Origin: a virus
Lineage: Duplodnaviria; Caudoviricetes
Virus record (IMG/VR): IMGVR_UViG_3300037961_002553
Span: 4,572-68,571 of that record
Direction: 5' to 3' (one strand)
DNA length: 64,000 nucleotides
The position numbers and the translations under genes were made by a program. Below are positions 55,293-64,000 of this stretch, piece by piece (positions within the stretch are counted from its first letter, which is position 1; every line of letters begins with the position of its first letter). Under the pieces are notes generated by a model. The model was not told the DNA's origin, ran no database searches, and saw nothing but the letters and a program-made list of their open reading frames with translations.

Positions 55293-56873
55293 TCACCCTT
55301 GAAGCATCCAATGAGTTAAAACTGTGCATAGAGATAATTCTCTTGGCATAACTGTTGCTTCAACAACAAGCGGCCCTTTATCATCAGGAATTGGGAAATT
55401 GTTTGCACTAAGATAGTATTTGCTAAAGTTTAGAACTATTTCTTCTCCTGTTGATTTTTTGAAAGTAAGTTCAATGGTATTGCTAGTATCTTCTGTATTA
55501 TTTACTAATTCTTGATATAATCTGTCATCTGTTACATGACCCGTAAATGAAATTTCATAACTTCTTTGTGCAGGAATAGCCTCTTGGATAGATTTACTAC
55601 CTACTCCAAAGAATCTTCGGTCTTGTAAATTATTATTCATGGTAATAGTCAAAGTATTAATCTTTAAGAAAGAATGCCCAAAGCACTTAAAAGTTCCATC
55701 TGAAAAGAAGAAAGGCTCTCTAAATTCGTCAACAGAATTAAAATTAAAGAAAGAGGTTTCATCTTCAACGCCTCTTCTTGCTCTATATTCTTCATCTGTT
55801 TCTAAAGCATGGACATTTCTAGTATTAGCACTAATTGACATCTTAAGTTCTTCATTTTCGTTTGCGGTCAAGGTTAAAGTATTGACACGACAGCCTCTTG
55901 CGATTTTAACAAAATTGAATGATTCTAAGGTTTCAGTTGAATCAGTATCATAAATATTGGTTGAACCAGCAGGGTCGGTTAATTTGCTGATGGTTTGTTC
56001 CATAGCAAACGAAGGCAGTAAATCGTGTTCTTGTTCCGCAAAAGTATATTTAATACCTTGCCGAATTTCACCTGAATTTAAAGAAGAAGCAGTAACTCTA
56101 TCAATGTTTCCTGCAACATCTTGAGCAGGATTTACATAAGGAGTCATAACGGTTCCAACAGACCTAAAGAAAATTGGCCCAGTTTCTTCTACATCGTTAT
56201 AATTAATATATATTTCATTTGCTCCACCTGCATTAGCAGCATTAGCAGCACTATTACCAGATAGAGGAGTTTCGCTAAATGTGCCACCTGAAACATTACC
56301 AATATCAACATTTGTGCATTTTCCTAAGAAATAATACAACCAAGCACCATGATTTGCTACAATGCTCAAATCAGCCGCACCTGCGGTTTCAATTCCTTTG
56401 TATTGATAAGTAAAGTTTCTTGAACCACCAAGAGATAAATTCGTTTGTTTCATTTCTACTTCGGTAGTAGGGAAAGTAATGCTTTCTGTAATTCCTAGCC
56501 ATGTATCAGCAAGAAGAGTCTTTTTTGCACCAACGGCAGGAGCAGGACATGGTGCGCCATAACTATCAATAACGAAGTAATCTCCGCTACTTATCGTTGT
56601 TGAAGGAGTAAAAGTAATTGTGTTAGCAGTATTCCCAGTAATTCTGTGAGTAGAGACATAAGCATTTCCACCAGTATATTTCTTAAAAACACAACCAACA
56701 TATAAATTATTGATTAATTTAAAATCAGTTCCAAATTCTGTTCCTGATGCTGTGCTTGCTGTAACGGTAGTCAATGTTCCACTAGTCTCCGTAATTGGAA
56801 AATAAATATCCAATTCTGGAATTTTCGTAATACTTGCTCCGCTTCCTAAAAATATATCTGTATTTACTGCCAT
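55293..56873 (-). CDS. major tail tube protein
   Basis: LPSFAMEQ, GCRVNTLTL, TITMNNNL, RSYEISF; gene position. Confidence 0.75.
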   Translation of the reverse strand: MAVNTDIFLGSGASITKIPELDIYFPITETSGTLTTVTASTASGTEFGTDFKLINNLYVGCVFKKYTGGNAYVSTHRITGNTANTITFTPSTTISSGDYFVIDSYGAPCPAPAVGAKKTLLADTWLGITESITFPTTEVEMKQTNLSLGGSRNFTYQYKGIETAGAADLSIVANHGAWLYYFLGKCTNVDIGNVSGGTFSETPLSGNSAANAANAGGANEIYINYNDVEETGPIFFRSVGTVMTPYVNPAQDVAGNIDRVTASSLNSGEIRQGIKYTFAEQEHDLLPSFAMEQTISKLTDPAGSTNIYDTDSTETLESFNFVKIARGCRVNTLTLTANENEELKMSISANTRNVHALETDEEYRARRGVEDETSFFNFNSVDEFREPFFFSDGTFKCFGHSFLKINTLTITMNNNLQDRRFFGVGSKSIQEAIPAQRSYEISFTGHVTDDRLYQELVNNTEDTSNTIELTFKKSTGEEIVLNFSKYYLSANNFPIPDDKGPLVVEATVMPRELSLCTVLTHWMLQG

Positions 56874-56903
56874 GCTAAACTCCCCCTTTTCCTAACAAAC
56901 TTA

Positions 56904-57416
56904 CTAGGGAATACTTAATGCAAATCTTTTCGCTTCTAATGATACTTTATATCCGAACAAACGCTTGGCTCTATCATTTGATTCGCTTCTTGAACCAACA
57001 AATAATTGATTAAATCTTGAACCATCACTTGCAGTATAACCTTTCCGTTTGCTCTCAAGAACCCTACGCAGTATCAAGTATATAGCCCTTAGCCTATCTT
57101 TTCCGTGTGAGGCATCTGCCCCGCCTCGCTCATCGTGCAAAACACGAATATGAAGAGTAAATGAATATGTTTCATTTCTTACATCATAATGAATTGTTGG
57201 ATATTCTATGTTTTGTGAATCTTCAAAAACAACAATTGTTGCAGGTGTTCGACTCAAATCTACACGAACACCCTTATTTGCAGACAATGTTCTAATGTCA
57301 ATAAAATCAGGAGTAACCGCATGAGAAGCATCAATCTCTCCTGCACTAACAAGAGCAGTAGCATTAGATGACCAATTGTTTGATAGCAAATCTAAGAGAA
57401 GAGAGACTTCATCCAT
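56904..57416 (-). CDS. tail terminator / neck protein
   Basis: Size, beta pattern and position upstream of the tail tube gene. Confidence 0.55.
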   Translation of the reverse strand: MDEVSLLLDLLSNNWSSNATALVSAGEIDASHAVTPDFIDIRTLSANKGVRVDLSRTPATIVVFEDSQNIEYPTIHYDVRNETYSFTLHIRVLHDERGGADASHGKDRLRAIYLILRRVLESKRKGYTASDGSRFNQLFVGSRSESNDRAKRLFGYKVSLEAKRFALSIP

Positions 57417-57607
57417 CCTTCAACCTCCTTATTTATTTGCTGCTCAATTTGTTTTTGATATTCTTCTAAAGCAAACTTCATAACTTCATCATCACTAAAG
57501 CCAATATCAATTCCTAATACTTCAGATGCTTCTTTCATAGCCAATTGTCTTTCTTTTTGGATTTGAAGCAATTCATTAAATTTAGACAAATCCATTTTAA
57601 TTGCCAT
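57392..57607 (-). CDS. hypothetical protein
   Basis: ORF in the virion operon. Confidence 0.55.
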   Translation of the reverse strand: MAIKMDLSKFNELLQIQKERQLAMKEASEVLGIDIGFSDDEVMKFALEEYQKQIEQQINKEVEGWMKSLFS

Positions 57608-57612
57608 AAAAA

Positions 57613-58923
57613 TCAGTCCAAGAAATAAACTAAATCGCCTTTGCCTTTCAAAATATCCATCGCTTCTTTACGAAGTATATCATATTTTTCTTTAGTAGAA
57701 ATATTACCACCCGATTCTGTAATTAGAATACTTTGGTCATCATGCCGTATAATTTCAGATGCTGCTAATTTTGTTGTTGCTTCGTGAATAGCAGAAGGAA
57801 CTCGATTATCTCCAGCAATATATGAAACAATAACTGAATTGTTTCTATGATAAGGATAATCTTTCAAAAAGAAAATACGGCCTTCTTCATTAATTGTCCA
57901 ATAGTCGCCAAGTCTTCTTAAATCTTCTTTGTCTGTAAATGCGTCTAATGTGCAAACAGTTGGTATTTCACTAGTAGTAGTAAATGTCAAATTTCCTGAA
58001 AATGCGCCTCCTGTTGTAGCATGAGTTAAAACAACAGTAGTTGAATCAGTAATAGAAGCAATTGTAGCCGCAGAAGGAACATTAGCACTTCTTTCACCAC
58101 TTATTGTCATCCCTACTGCTAATTTACTAGAATCAGCAACGGTGAGATTAACTGAGTTATTACCCGAAGTAGCCTGTTTTATGGTAGCCTTGAGAACACA
58201 ATCAGCCCCATCATCGCCCGAAAGTAGGGATGAGAAGAGGATTTGCTTGCCATTTGACTTGGCCTTTGCCGCATAGAAAAAGTCTGAAATGGATAAATTA
58301 GATTGAGTGAGGCTTTTTGGAGCAGTTGCACCAGTAAATTGCGACATTGAAGGAAATGATTCATTTACCAAAGAGATGATTTCTTCATTGGTTGTTTTGA
58401 TACCAAAGGTATTATTGAACTCATCGTTTGCTAAATCAGTCAAATCATTTTCTGCAAGCATCTCAAAAGACACACCGCTATTCGGTAATTGAAGAATAAT
58501 AGAATTTAAATCTCTAAAGTTATCAAGCAAAGTTATTTTTGCTTGAGCCGATGCAATTTCAATATACTGGCTGCCTTGCCACAAAAGCAAGGAAACAATC
58601 TTTCTTACTTTCATTTTGGCTAATTGCACAAAACCAACATGACCACCGTAATATGCCTTGTGTGGCAAGTGAGAAAATTCAAAGTTATGATACTCGTCCT
58701 TCGTGATAATTGGACGGTATGAACGCTTTACCTTGTCATCAATGATTCCTTCAACCCTTTTGATGATTGAACCGACTTGAGCCAATGTGGGGTATGTTGA
58801 TGCTGAAAAGGCAGGAACTTGGAGTAAATTAGCAACCTCAGTAGCATTTGTATAAAAACCCCGACCTTGAGAGTAATCGGGATTAATTTCTGTAAAATCG
58901 CTTGGCGAGATTGTTGTTCCCAT
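57613..58923 (-). CDS. head-tail adaptor with a large beta-rich insertion
   Basis: YTNATEV...IIDD N-terminus; VIVSYIAGDNRVPSAIHEATTKLAA C-terminus. Confidence 0.65.
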   Translation of the reverse strand: MGTTISPSDFTEINPDYSQGRGFYTNATEVANLLQVPAFSASTYPTLAQVGSIIKRVEGIIDDKVKRSYRPIITKDEYHNFEFSHLPHKAYYGGHVGFVQLAKMKVRKIVSLLLWQGSQYIEIASAQAKITLLDNFRDLNSIILQLPNSGVSFEMLAENDLTDLANDEFNNTFGIKTTNEEIISLVNESFPSMSQFTGATAPKSLTQSNLSISDFFYAAKAKSNGKQILFSSLLSGDDGADCVLKATIKQATSGNNSVNLTVADSSKLAVGMTISGERSANVPSAATIASITDSTTVVLTHATTGGAFSGNLTFTTTSEIPTVCTLDAFTDKEDLRRLGDYWTINEEGRIFFLKDYPYHRNNSVIVSYIAGDNRVPSAIHEATTKLAASEIIRHDDQSILITESGGNISTKEKYDILRKEAMDILKGKGDLVYFLD

Positions 58924-58924
58924 T

Positions 58925-60556
58925 TTAGACACCAATCATTCTCTTTAATTTCCTTACATTCTTTTTGAGTTTATTTGAGTAAGCAACCATGCTTCTGTTT
59001 TGCCTTGAACGAGAACCGCTTAGGTTATATTCACCATGCTTAGTCGCTTCAAATGTTAATTCAACATAGGCTTGTTTAAAAGCATCTTCAAGGTCTGCGG
59101 CACGAACAGTTTCGGCCTTTACCTCTTCTTCACCAAATTCAGCAGAATCTTTTGTGCTTTTGACTCCACTTTCATCGACCTCATAATATCTAATTTCAGA
59201 CTTATAGTTTTCTTTTTCTTCTTTTGGTAATTTAGCATATTCTTCTTCAGAAATAAAAATTGGGTTTCCATCCTCATCTTTTTCTGTTTTATGACTAAAT
59301 GCTCTTTTAGATTGTTCATCAATCATAGATTGAGTTAATGGCTTTCCTTCTTTTCCTGTTTCTACATCCATTACCCGTAAATCTTCTGCCGATTCGGTAG
59401 CAAATTCTCTATATGTTGGCGCAGTTTTCTTTTTGGTTTTAATATTTCCAATGACCTTAAAAGAATAAACTTCATCAGGAACAACTAAAAATGGGTTAAG
59501 TATTCTCATAATGATATTTTTAACTGCTTCATCTTTAAAGAAGCCTTCAATTGTTCCTGCTCCATCTCCTTCAAATTCAAGGTATGCTTGTTTATCTGAC
59601 TCTCCTTGAGGAGTAAATTGATAGGTATAATATTTATCTCCAATTTGAATAATATCTTCATCTCTCATTTCATCAGTTCTATCTAAACTGTCCACCGCAG
59701 CAGGAACTGTAAAAATATTTATTTCGTCATTTGTGTCTTCTGATATTGGAATTTTACCCCCAACTGATTCAAATTGACCATCTTCGTTTATTTTAGCCTC
59801 TATAACATAATCATCTTTTGCTGATTCTATATCTAATTTTTCTAAAACAGATTTAGGAATATCAAAGGAATAATCAATTACTTCCTTTGCAATATTTATT
59901 TTTGTATTGCTTGGTCTATAACCTGCTTCTTGACCAGTTGTTTCTAAAATAAAATCTGCTTTTACTTTTTCTAAATCACCGTAATCAAATGCAGGAAACT
60001 TAGCCTCAATGTGTCCTTTAAGGCCACTTCGGGCAGGTTGGTGAGAATAATTAAATCTATCATTATATCTTGCGTGTTCTCTAAAAAGAAGTTCAAAAGC
60101 AATTCGAGGTTTTTTTCCATATGCTGAAAAGAAATCATCAAAATCAAAGTCAGGTAGTTTGGTTTTACCACCACGAATAAAAGAAACATCTGTTCCTTTC
60201 AATCTGCCAAGAACTCTTGCATTAGTAATATCTCCAACTGTTTTATCTTCAATAAAAGAAAGATTTGCTTCATTTGGTGTTTTATCTCTCTTACGAGAAA
60301 ACCCTTTCCATGAAGCAGCATCTCTCTCTAAGATTGGTTTTAGCGGCTCATTAAGAACCTTTTCTAAAATTTTGGTTAATTCGCTCTTTAATGCAGCACT
60401 ATTTGGTTCACTATCTTCTACACTTTCAATGGCCTTTCTCATCTTACGACGAAATTCTTTATCGCCATTAAGAACATAGTCTTTCATTTGTGTTTCAATA
60501 AAAGACGCTGAACGGGGCAAACTAAGAGTCTGCTTACCCCAATTGAAATTAACCAT
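58925..60556 (-). CDS. hypothetical protein (543 aa)
   Basis: GAGGTG SD; long ORF. Confidence 0.7.
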   Translation of the reverse strand: MVNFNWGKQTLSLPRSASFIETQMKDYVLNGDKEFRRKMRKAIESVEDSEPNSAALKSELTKILEKVLNEPLKPILERDAASWKGFSRKRDKTPNEANLSFIEDKTVGDITNARVLGRLKGTDVSFIRGGKTKLPDFDFDDFFSAYGKKPRIAFELLFREHARYNDRFNYSHQPARSGLKGHIEAKFPAFDYGDLEKVKADFILETTGQEAGYRPSNTKINIAKEVIDYSFDIPKSVLEKLDIESAKDDYVIEAKINEDGQFESVGGKIPISEDTNDEINIFTVPAAVDSLDRTDEMRDEDIIQIGDKYYTYQFTPQGESDKQAYLEFEGDGAGTIEGFFKDEAVKNIIMRILNPFLVVPDEVYSFKVIGNIKTKKKTAPTYREFATESAEDLRVMDVETGKEGKPLTQSMIDEQSKRAFSHKTEKDEDGNPIFISEEEYAKLPKEEKENYKSEIRYYEVDESGVKSTKDSAEFGEEEVKAETVRAADLEDAFKQAYVELTFEATKHGEYNLSGSRSRQNRSMVAYSNKLKKNVRKLKRMIGV

Positions 60557-60566
60557 TTATTTCACC

Positions 60567-61226
60567 TCACATGAGCCATTTTGCCCAAGCAGCACCTTTT
60601 TGAATTGCTGAACCTAAACCTAAACCGCTTTGCGGTGGTTCATAACTCATTTGGCCTTGTGCATCAATCCAGTAAGGTCGGCCATATCCGTCTGTTCCCG
60701 ATGGAGGAACAGGATAACCTGAGCCATTATTCATAGCGCCCTGCATTTGGGCATATTGTTGCTGATTGCCAGTAATTCCTGCGATTGCTGATGCTGCGGT
60801 TGGCTGAGTAATTTGTTGTATTCCATTGCCACCAAAACCTTGAGATTCGAGATATTGCTGTTTAGCCATCTTTCTTTGCATAATAACTTCAGTATTGATA
60901 GCCGATTGTAATAACTTCTGAATATCTAAATCAATGTTTTCTTGAGTAATTCTTTCGTATTCACGAAGAGCATCTCTATTGACAGTAAGGTTGCTTCCGT
61001 TAGAATCAAAACTTAACTTAGCCAACATTTGAGAAACTACTCGTTCAACAACATCTTCCATTAACTTTTCAAGAGCAACCAAGAATTGTTCTCCATGATA
61101 TTGAAAGAACTCCTCAACATGATTTTCCTGTAAAGATAATAAATTATTTACTGTCTTAAATTGTGCGTCTGATTGTTGCTGAACTGCATTTAAAACTGTT
61201 CCATTGCTTGTTCCTAAAATTCCCAT
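60567..61226 (-). CDS. Gln/Gly-rich protein with C-terminal amphipathic helix
   Basis: GGAGG SD; ends GLGSAIQKGAAWAKWLM. Confidence 0.7.
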   Translation of the reverse strand: MGILGTSNGTVLNAVQQQSDAQFKTVNNLLSLQENHVEEFFQYHGEQFLVALEKLMEDVVERVVSQMLAKLSFDSNGSNLTVNRDALREYERITQENIDLDIQKLLQSAINTEVIMQRKMAKQQYLESQGFGGNGIQQITQPTAASAIAGITGNQQQYAQMQGAMNNGSGYPVPPSGTDGYGRPYWIDAQGQMSYEPPQSGLGLGSAIQKGAAWAKWLM

Positions 61227-61228
61227 GT

Positions 61229-61909
61229 TTATGCCTCCTTAACCAATTCCTCTTTTGCTTCGTCTTGCGGTAATTCATTTTGTGCTTGAACATTGTGCTT
61301 AAGCATTAAATGATTGAGTCTTTCTGTCATAATATTTATTTCTGTAATCAAACGAATGACTTCATCCGTTGCCGTCTTTGAATCTCCTAATGCGGGTGGG
61401 GTTATAAACCATCCTGCTGATGTAAGGCTCATAACATCTTCTTTGCTTAAATTCTTAATTGGGCCACTCTTAAGTATTTTAGGCATTCGTGGTTTGAAGG
61501 CACTAAATTCAAGTCCATGCTTATCTGCAAGAATTTGTTGTTGTAGCATTTCTAATTGCATATACATAGAAGCGTGTTTAGGACAATAAGTTCCCATTAG
61601 GGGTCTTCCTTTCACTACACCATCTAAAGGCATAGGTGGACGCATATAATCTCCTTGTTCCCAAATATGATGGAAACCACAGACAACACACCTATCTTTA
61701 AGATTAAATTTCTTTCCATACTTAATACCTAAAAACTTCTTTGGTTCTGCTTTTAAAACCAATTTAAGTTCTTTTAATTGAGTCTTAGGTTTATATGAAA
61801 TAAACTTGTATTCTTGCACAACACCGCTTGCTCTTGCCTGTTGAAGTGGCGAAAGAGCAGGATTAAATTGTTGTGGTGCAGTTTGTCCTATAATATTGTT
61901 TTGATACAT
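61229..61909 (-). CDS. zinc-binding protein with coiled-coil tail
   Basis: CVVCGFHH...YCPKH. Confidence 0.7.
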   Translation of the reverse strand: MYQNNIIGQTAPQQFNPALSPLQQARASGVVQEYKFISYKPKTQLKELKLVLKAEPKKFLGIKYGKKFNLKDRCVVCGFHHIWEQGDYMRPPMPLDGVVKGRPLMGTYCPKHASMYMQLEMLQQQILADKHGLEFSAFKPRMPKILKSGPIKNLSKEDVMSLTSAGWFITPPALGDSKTATDEVIRLITEINIMTERLNHLMLKHNVQAQNELPQDEAKEELVKEA

Positions 61910-61914
61910 AATAA

Positions 61915-62583
61915 TCAGTAGTCCTTTATCATTGTAGTAATTCCTCTATAAACCATTTCGGGGTCAGACTTTGCAGATACAATATATTTAAAACATGGTA
62001 TTCCTTTATCGTTTAACTTTCTCATGCCGTATTTGAATGGTTCAAAAATCTCATGTTTATCTATTTCTTGGCCTTCCGCTAAAGGGTATTTCTTTCCCCA
62101 AATATCATATTTATTTGCCCAAATACCTACTGCCATTGGATAATCAGATTCTCTTTTCTTTTTTCCATTTGACCATGTTTTTGAAATTATGGTATCAACT
62201 AAAAATTTCCATGCTAATTGGTGGTCTAAGTTAATTTCATTATCTAAATGTCGGTGGTCAATCATAAAAACAATGTATTTTACTCGTCGATTTTGCATAT
62301 CTTTTTCCCATTCTTTCCAGTAAATTGCTTCTCCGCCAATATCTGCACTTCTTACTGTATGAGAATTACCATCTATTTTAACATTTTTTCTCGTTGCTCT
62401 ATGTCGTCCAACGGTTCTTTCATTAATTTGTTGAACTTCTCCTCTCGTTCTTAATTGATGACTTAATGTTGTTTTACCAACCATCGTTGCTCCATAAACT
62501 CCAAAATTAATAGCGTGAACCTTTTTGTAAAATCCTATAATTGCTTCACCGACAAGAATAGCAAATCCTGTCATTAATGACAT
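61915..62583 (-). CDS. Ras-superfamily (Arf-like) small GTPase
   Basis: G1 GATMVGKTT, G2 RTVG, G3 DIGGE, G4 NKYD, G5 SAK; hydrophobic N-terminal helix. Confidence 0.85.
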   Translation of the reverse strand: MSLMTGFAILVGEAIIGFYKKVHAINFGVYGATMVGKTTLSHQLRTRGEVQQINERTVGRHRATRKNVKIDGNSHTVRSADIGGEAIYWKEWEKDMQNRRVKYIVFMIDHRHLDNEINLDHQLAWKFLVDTIISKTWSNGKKKRESDYPMAVGIWANKYDIWGKKYPLAEGQEIDKHEIFEPFKYGMRKLNDKGIPCFKYIVSAKSDPEMVYRGITTMIKDY

Positions 62584-62801
62584 TAATGCCCCCACCCATT
62601 GAGAAGGTTATCAAATAACCAACCCATAACATTAATATCAAAAACACCCATGATGTTTCCGATTAAAAATGCTGAAAGCGTAGCACAAGAAGCCCAAAAA
62701 AGCATTCGCATCTTCAAAAAGAAAATGTCTGCTGAATGCGCTCTTTGAGCATTGTAAGCATAATCTGAATCAGAAAAGCCCATTATGTCGCCAAAGACCA
62801 T
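62583..62801 (-). CDS. small membrane protein
   Basis: Hydrophobic segment MLFWASCATLSAFLIGNIMGVF. Confidence 0.65.
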   Translation of the reverse strand: MVFGDIMGFSDSDYAYNAQRAHSADIFFLKMRMLFWASCATLSAFLIGNIMGVFDINVMGWLFDNLLNGWGH

Positions 62802-62812
62802 TCTTTCACCGC

Positions 62813-63196
62813 CTATTGAAGTGCGGCTAAGAACTCATTACCAACGCTATTCTCTTCTTCCTGCTGAACAGGTTGATAAAAGGTAGTGTTGTATTGCTTT
62901 GCGCTTTCACGCATCTTTTGGCGTTGTTGTTCATCTCTAGCCTTTCTTTCCCAGTATGCCGCAATTTTACGGTCTAAGAGCCAAAGTTCAATTCTATCAT
63001 TGAGTGATAAATCAAAGATTGCTTTCATAACCATAATTGCGCCAATTGTTCCTAAACCAAATAGAACAGAATGGGCTAATGGGCCATATGGGAAATTCAT
63101 CCCAAATGCTGCATATGCCCAAACATTTGTTCCGCTTAATGCACCGACAAATAAAATTGTCATAATTAGACGAGTATCTTGACTTAATGCTGCCAT
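62813..63196 (-). CDS. two-TM membrane protein with coiled-coil tail
   Basis: Two hydrophobic segments; GAGGTG SD. Confidence 0.7.
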   Translation of the reverse strand: MAALSQDTRLIMTILFVGALSGTNVWAYAAFGMNFPYGPLAHSVLFGLGTIGAIMVMKAIFDLSLNDRIELWLLDRKIAAYWERKARDEQQRQKMRESAKQYNTTFYQPVQQEEENSVGNEFLAALQ

Positions 63197-63205
63197 TTAA
63201 ACACC

Positions 63206-63481
63206 TCAAGCGAAATTAATGAATACTGTGCCATTGTTTGTAGTTTCTTCATAAAAGATACCATCTGACATTAATACTCCATGCATATCAAATTCAACGG
63301 TAGAATCTGGTGCAACAAGAAATCTAGCGACTTCTTTACCAGTATTATCTGTGCCATCAAATACTTTACAAGTAAATGGTGCGCCACCATCGGCACAAAC
63401 ATGAATTGAAATCAATTTGCATTTACCTGTAAAAACTTGCTTATCTGTTGTTAATGCTCCACTACTTCTGCAACTTGGCAT
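63206..63481 (-). CDS. small beta-rich protein, probably virion-associated
   Basis: ORF in the structural operon. Confidence 0.6.
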   Translation of the reverse strand: MPSCRSSGALTTDKQVFTGKCKLISIHVCADGGAPFTCKVFDGTDNTGKEVARFLVAPDSTVEFDMHGVLMSDGIFYEETTNNGTVFINFA

Positions 63482-63542
63482 GATTCATCACTCTCGCTCA
63501 AACTGTCTATGAGGCATCACCCTCTTAACCCTATCGCTAAGA

Positions 63543-63863
63543 TTATTCAGTCAAAGACGACTTTTTATTCTTAGCAGGGGCTTTCTTAGGTTTAGCCTTA
63601 GCGGGAAGAAGATATGCACACAGTTTATCGTGTGTATCTAAATCCCTGCCTAAAGCCTTTCCTAATCGAGTTAAAATAGAAGGGTCAATTTGCTTCAATT
63701 CCTTTCTTTCGCTTTCAGCAAAAGAAATATCAAGACAATTATCGCCCAAATATCGTAAAGCGTCTTGAACAGGAACATCTAAAGAAATATCCCTCGCCAA
63801 TAACTCTCCATTGACAAAGAGCGTTTTTGCTCTTGAACCTTTGGTTAGTTTAATTGTTGCCAA
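63543..63863 (-). CDS. hypothetical protein with Lys-rich tail
   Basis: GAGGTG SD, TTG start. Confidence 0.6.
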   Translation of the reverse strand: MATIKLTKGSRAKTLFVNGELLARDISLDVPVQDALRYLGDNCLDISFAESERKELKQIDPSILTRLGKALGRDLDTHDKLCAYLLPAKAKPKKAPAKNKKSSLTE

Positions 63864-63873
63864 TTAAAACACC

Positions 63874-64000
63874 TCAAAGGAGGCCAAAAACTCTTACACG
63901 AACCATTCCTTCATCAGCAGTTCCGCTTTGTTGAGCAGAACCAGTAGAAAGAATGATTTTAACGCTAGAAACTGATTCATAAGCACCTGCGGTTGAAATC
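63874..64000 (-). CDS. 3' end of a probable minor virion protein (truncated by the window)
   Basis: Open frame ...GSAQQSGTADEGMVRVRVFGLL*. Confidence 0.5.
   Translation of the reverse strand, partial: ISTAGAYESVSSVKIILSTGSAQQSGTADEGMVRVRVFGLL

Noticed and set aside
63084-63091. CCATATGG here, and ACCATATG at ~47923, as extra cassette sites
   Set aside because: Incomplete core, no CAAAG/CTTTG arms, located inside genes; expected by chance.
1-64000. Integrase, reverse transcriptase (DGR or retron), terminase, portal or major capsid genes
   Set aside because: No matching motifs seen; head and packaging genes probably lie beyond the window.

Overview
This window looks like about 64 kb of a tailed archaeal dsDNA virus genome (Caudoviricetes, siphovirus-like tail). 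Its gene content matches what is reported for Magroviruses, the viruses of Marine Group II Poseidoniales; that assignment is an inference, not a database hit. There are four zones. (1) 0.35-5.0 kb: an array of small, independently transcribed cassettes in both orientations, separated by 11 copies of a palindromic site, CAAAG-N4-10-ACCATATGGT-N4-10-CTTTG (two end copies degenerate). It includes paralogous genes whose 5' and 3' UTRs are complementary, and a probable ncRNA cassette. (2) 5.0-7.0 kb: an iteron-like and AT-rich non-coding region (possible origin), a third paralog, tRNAs and hairpin RNAs. (3) 7-42.8 kb, + strand: SF1 helicase, class II RNR, TFB, GroES/GroEL, ligase, histone-fold proteins and an archaeal-type replisome (RFC, PCNA, split PolB, primase, MCM-like helicase). 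This zone also holds a dispersed but apparently complete ubiquitin-like conjugation set: a Ubl ending GG-SY, a ThiF E1, an E2-like protein and a JAB protease. (4) 42.9-64 kb, - strand: tail and neck genes with a -1 frameshift tail chaperone, plus an Arf-like small GTPase and membrane-protein module. The best candidates for a new system are the palindrome-delimited cassette array and the viral Ubl/E1/E2/JAB cascade. All calls come from reading motifs by eye; no searches were run.
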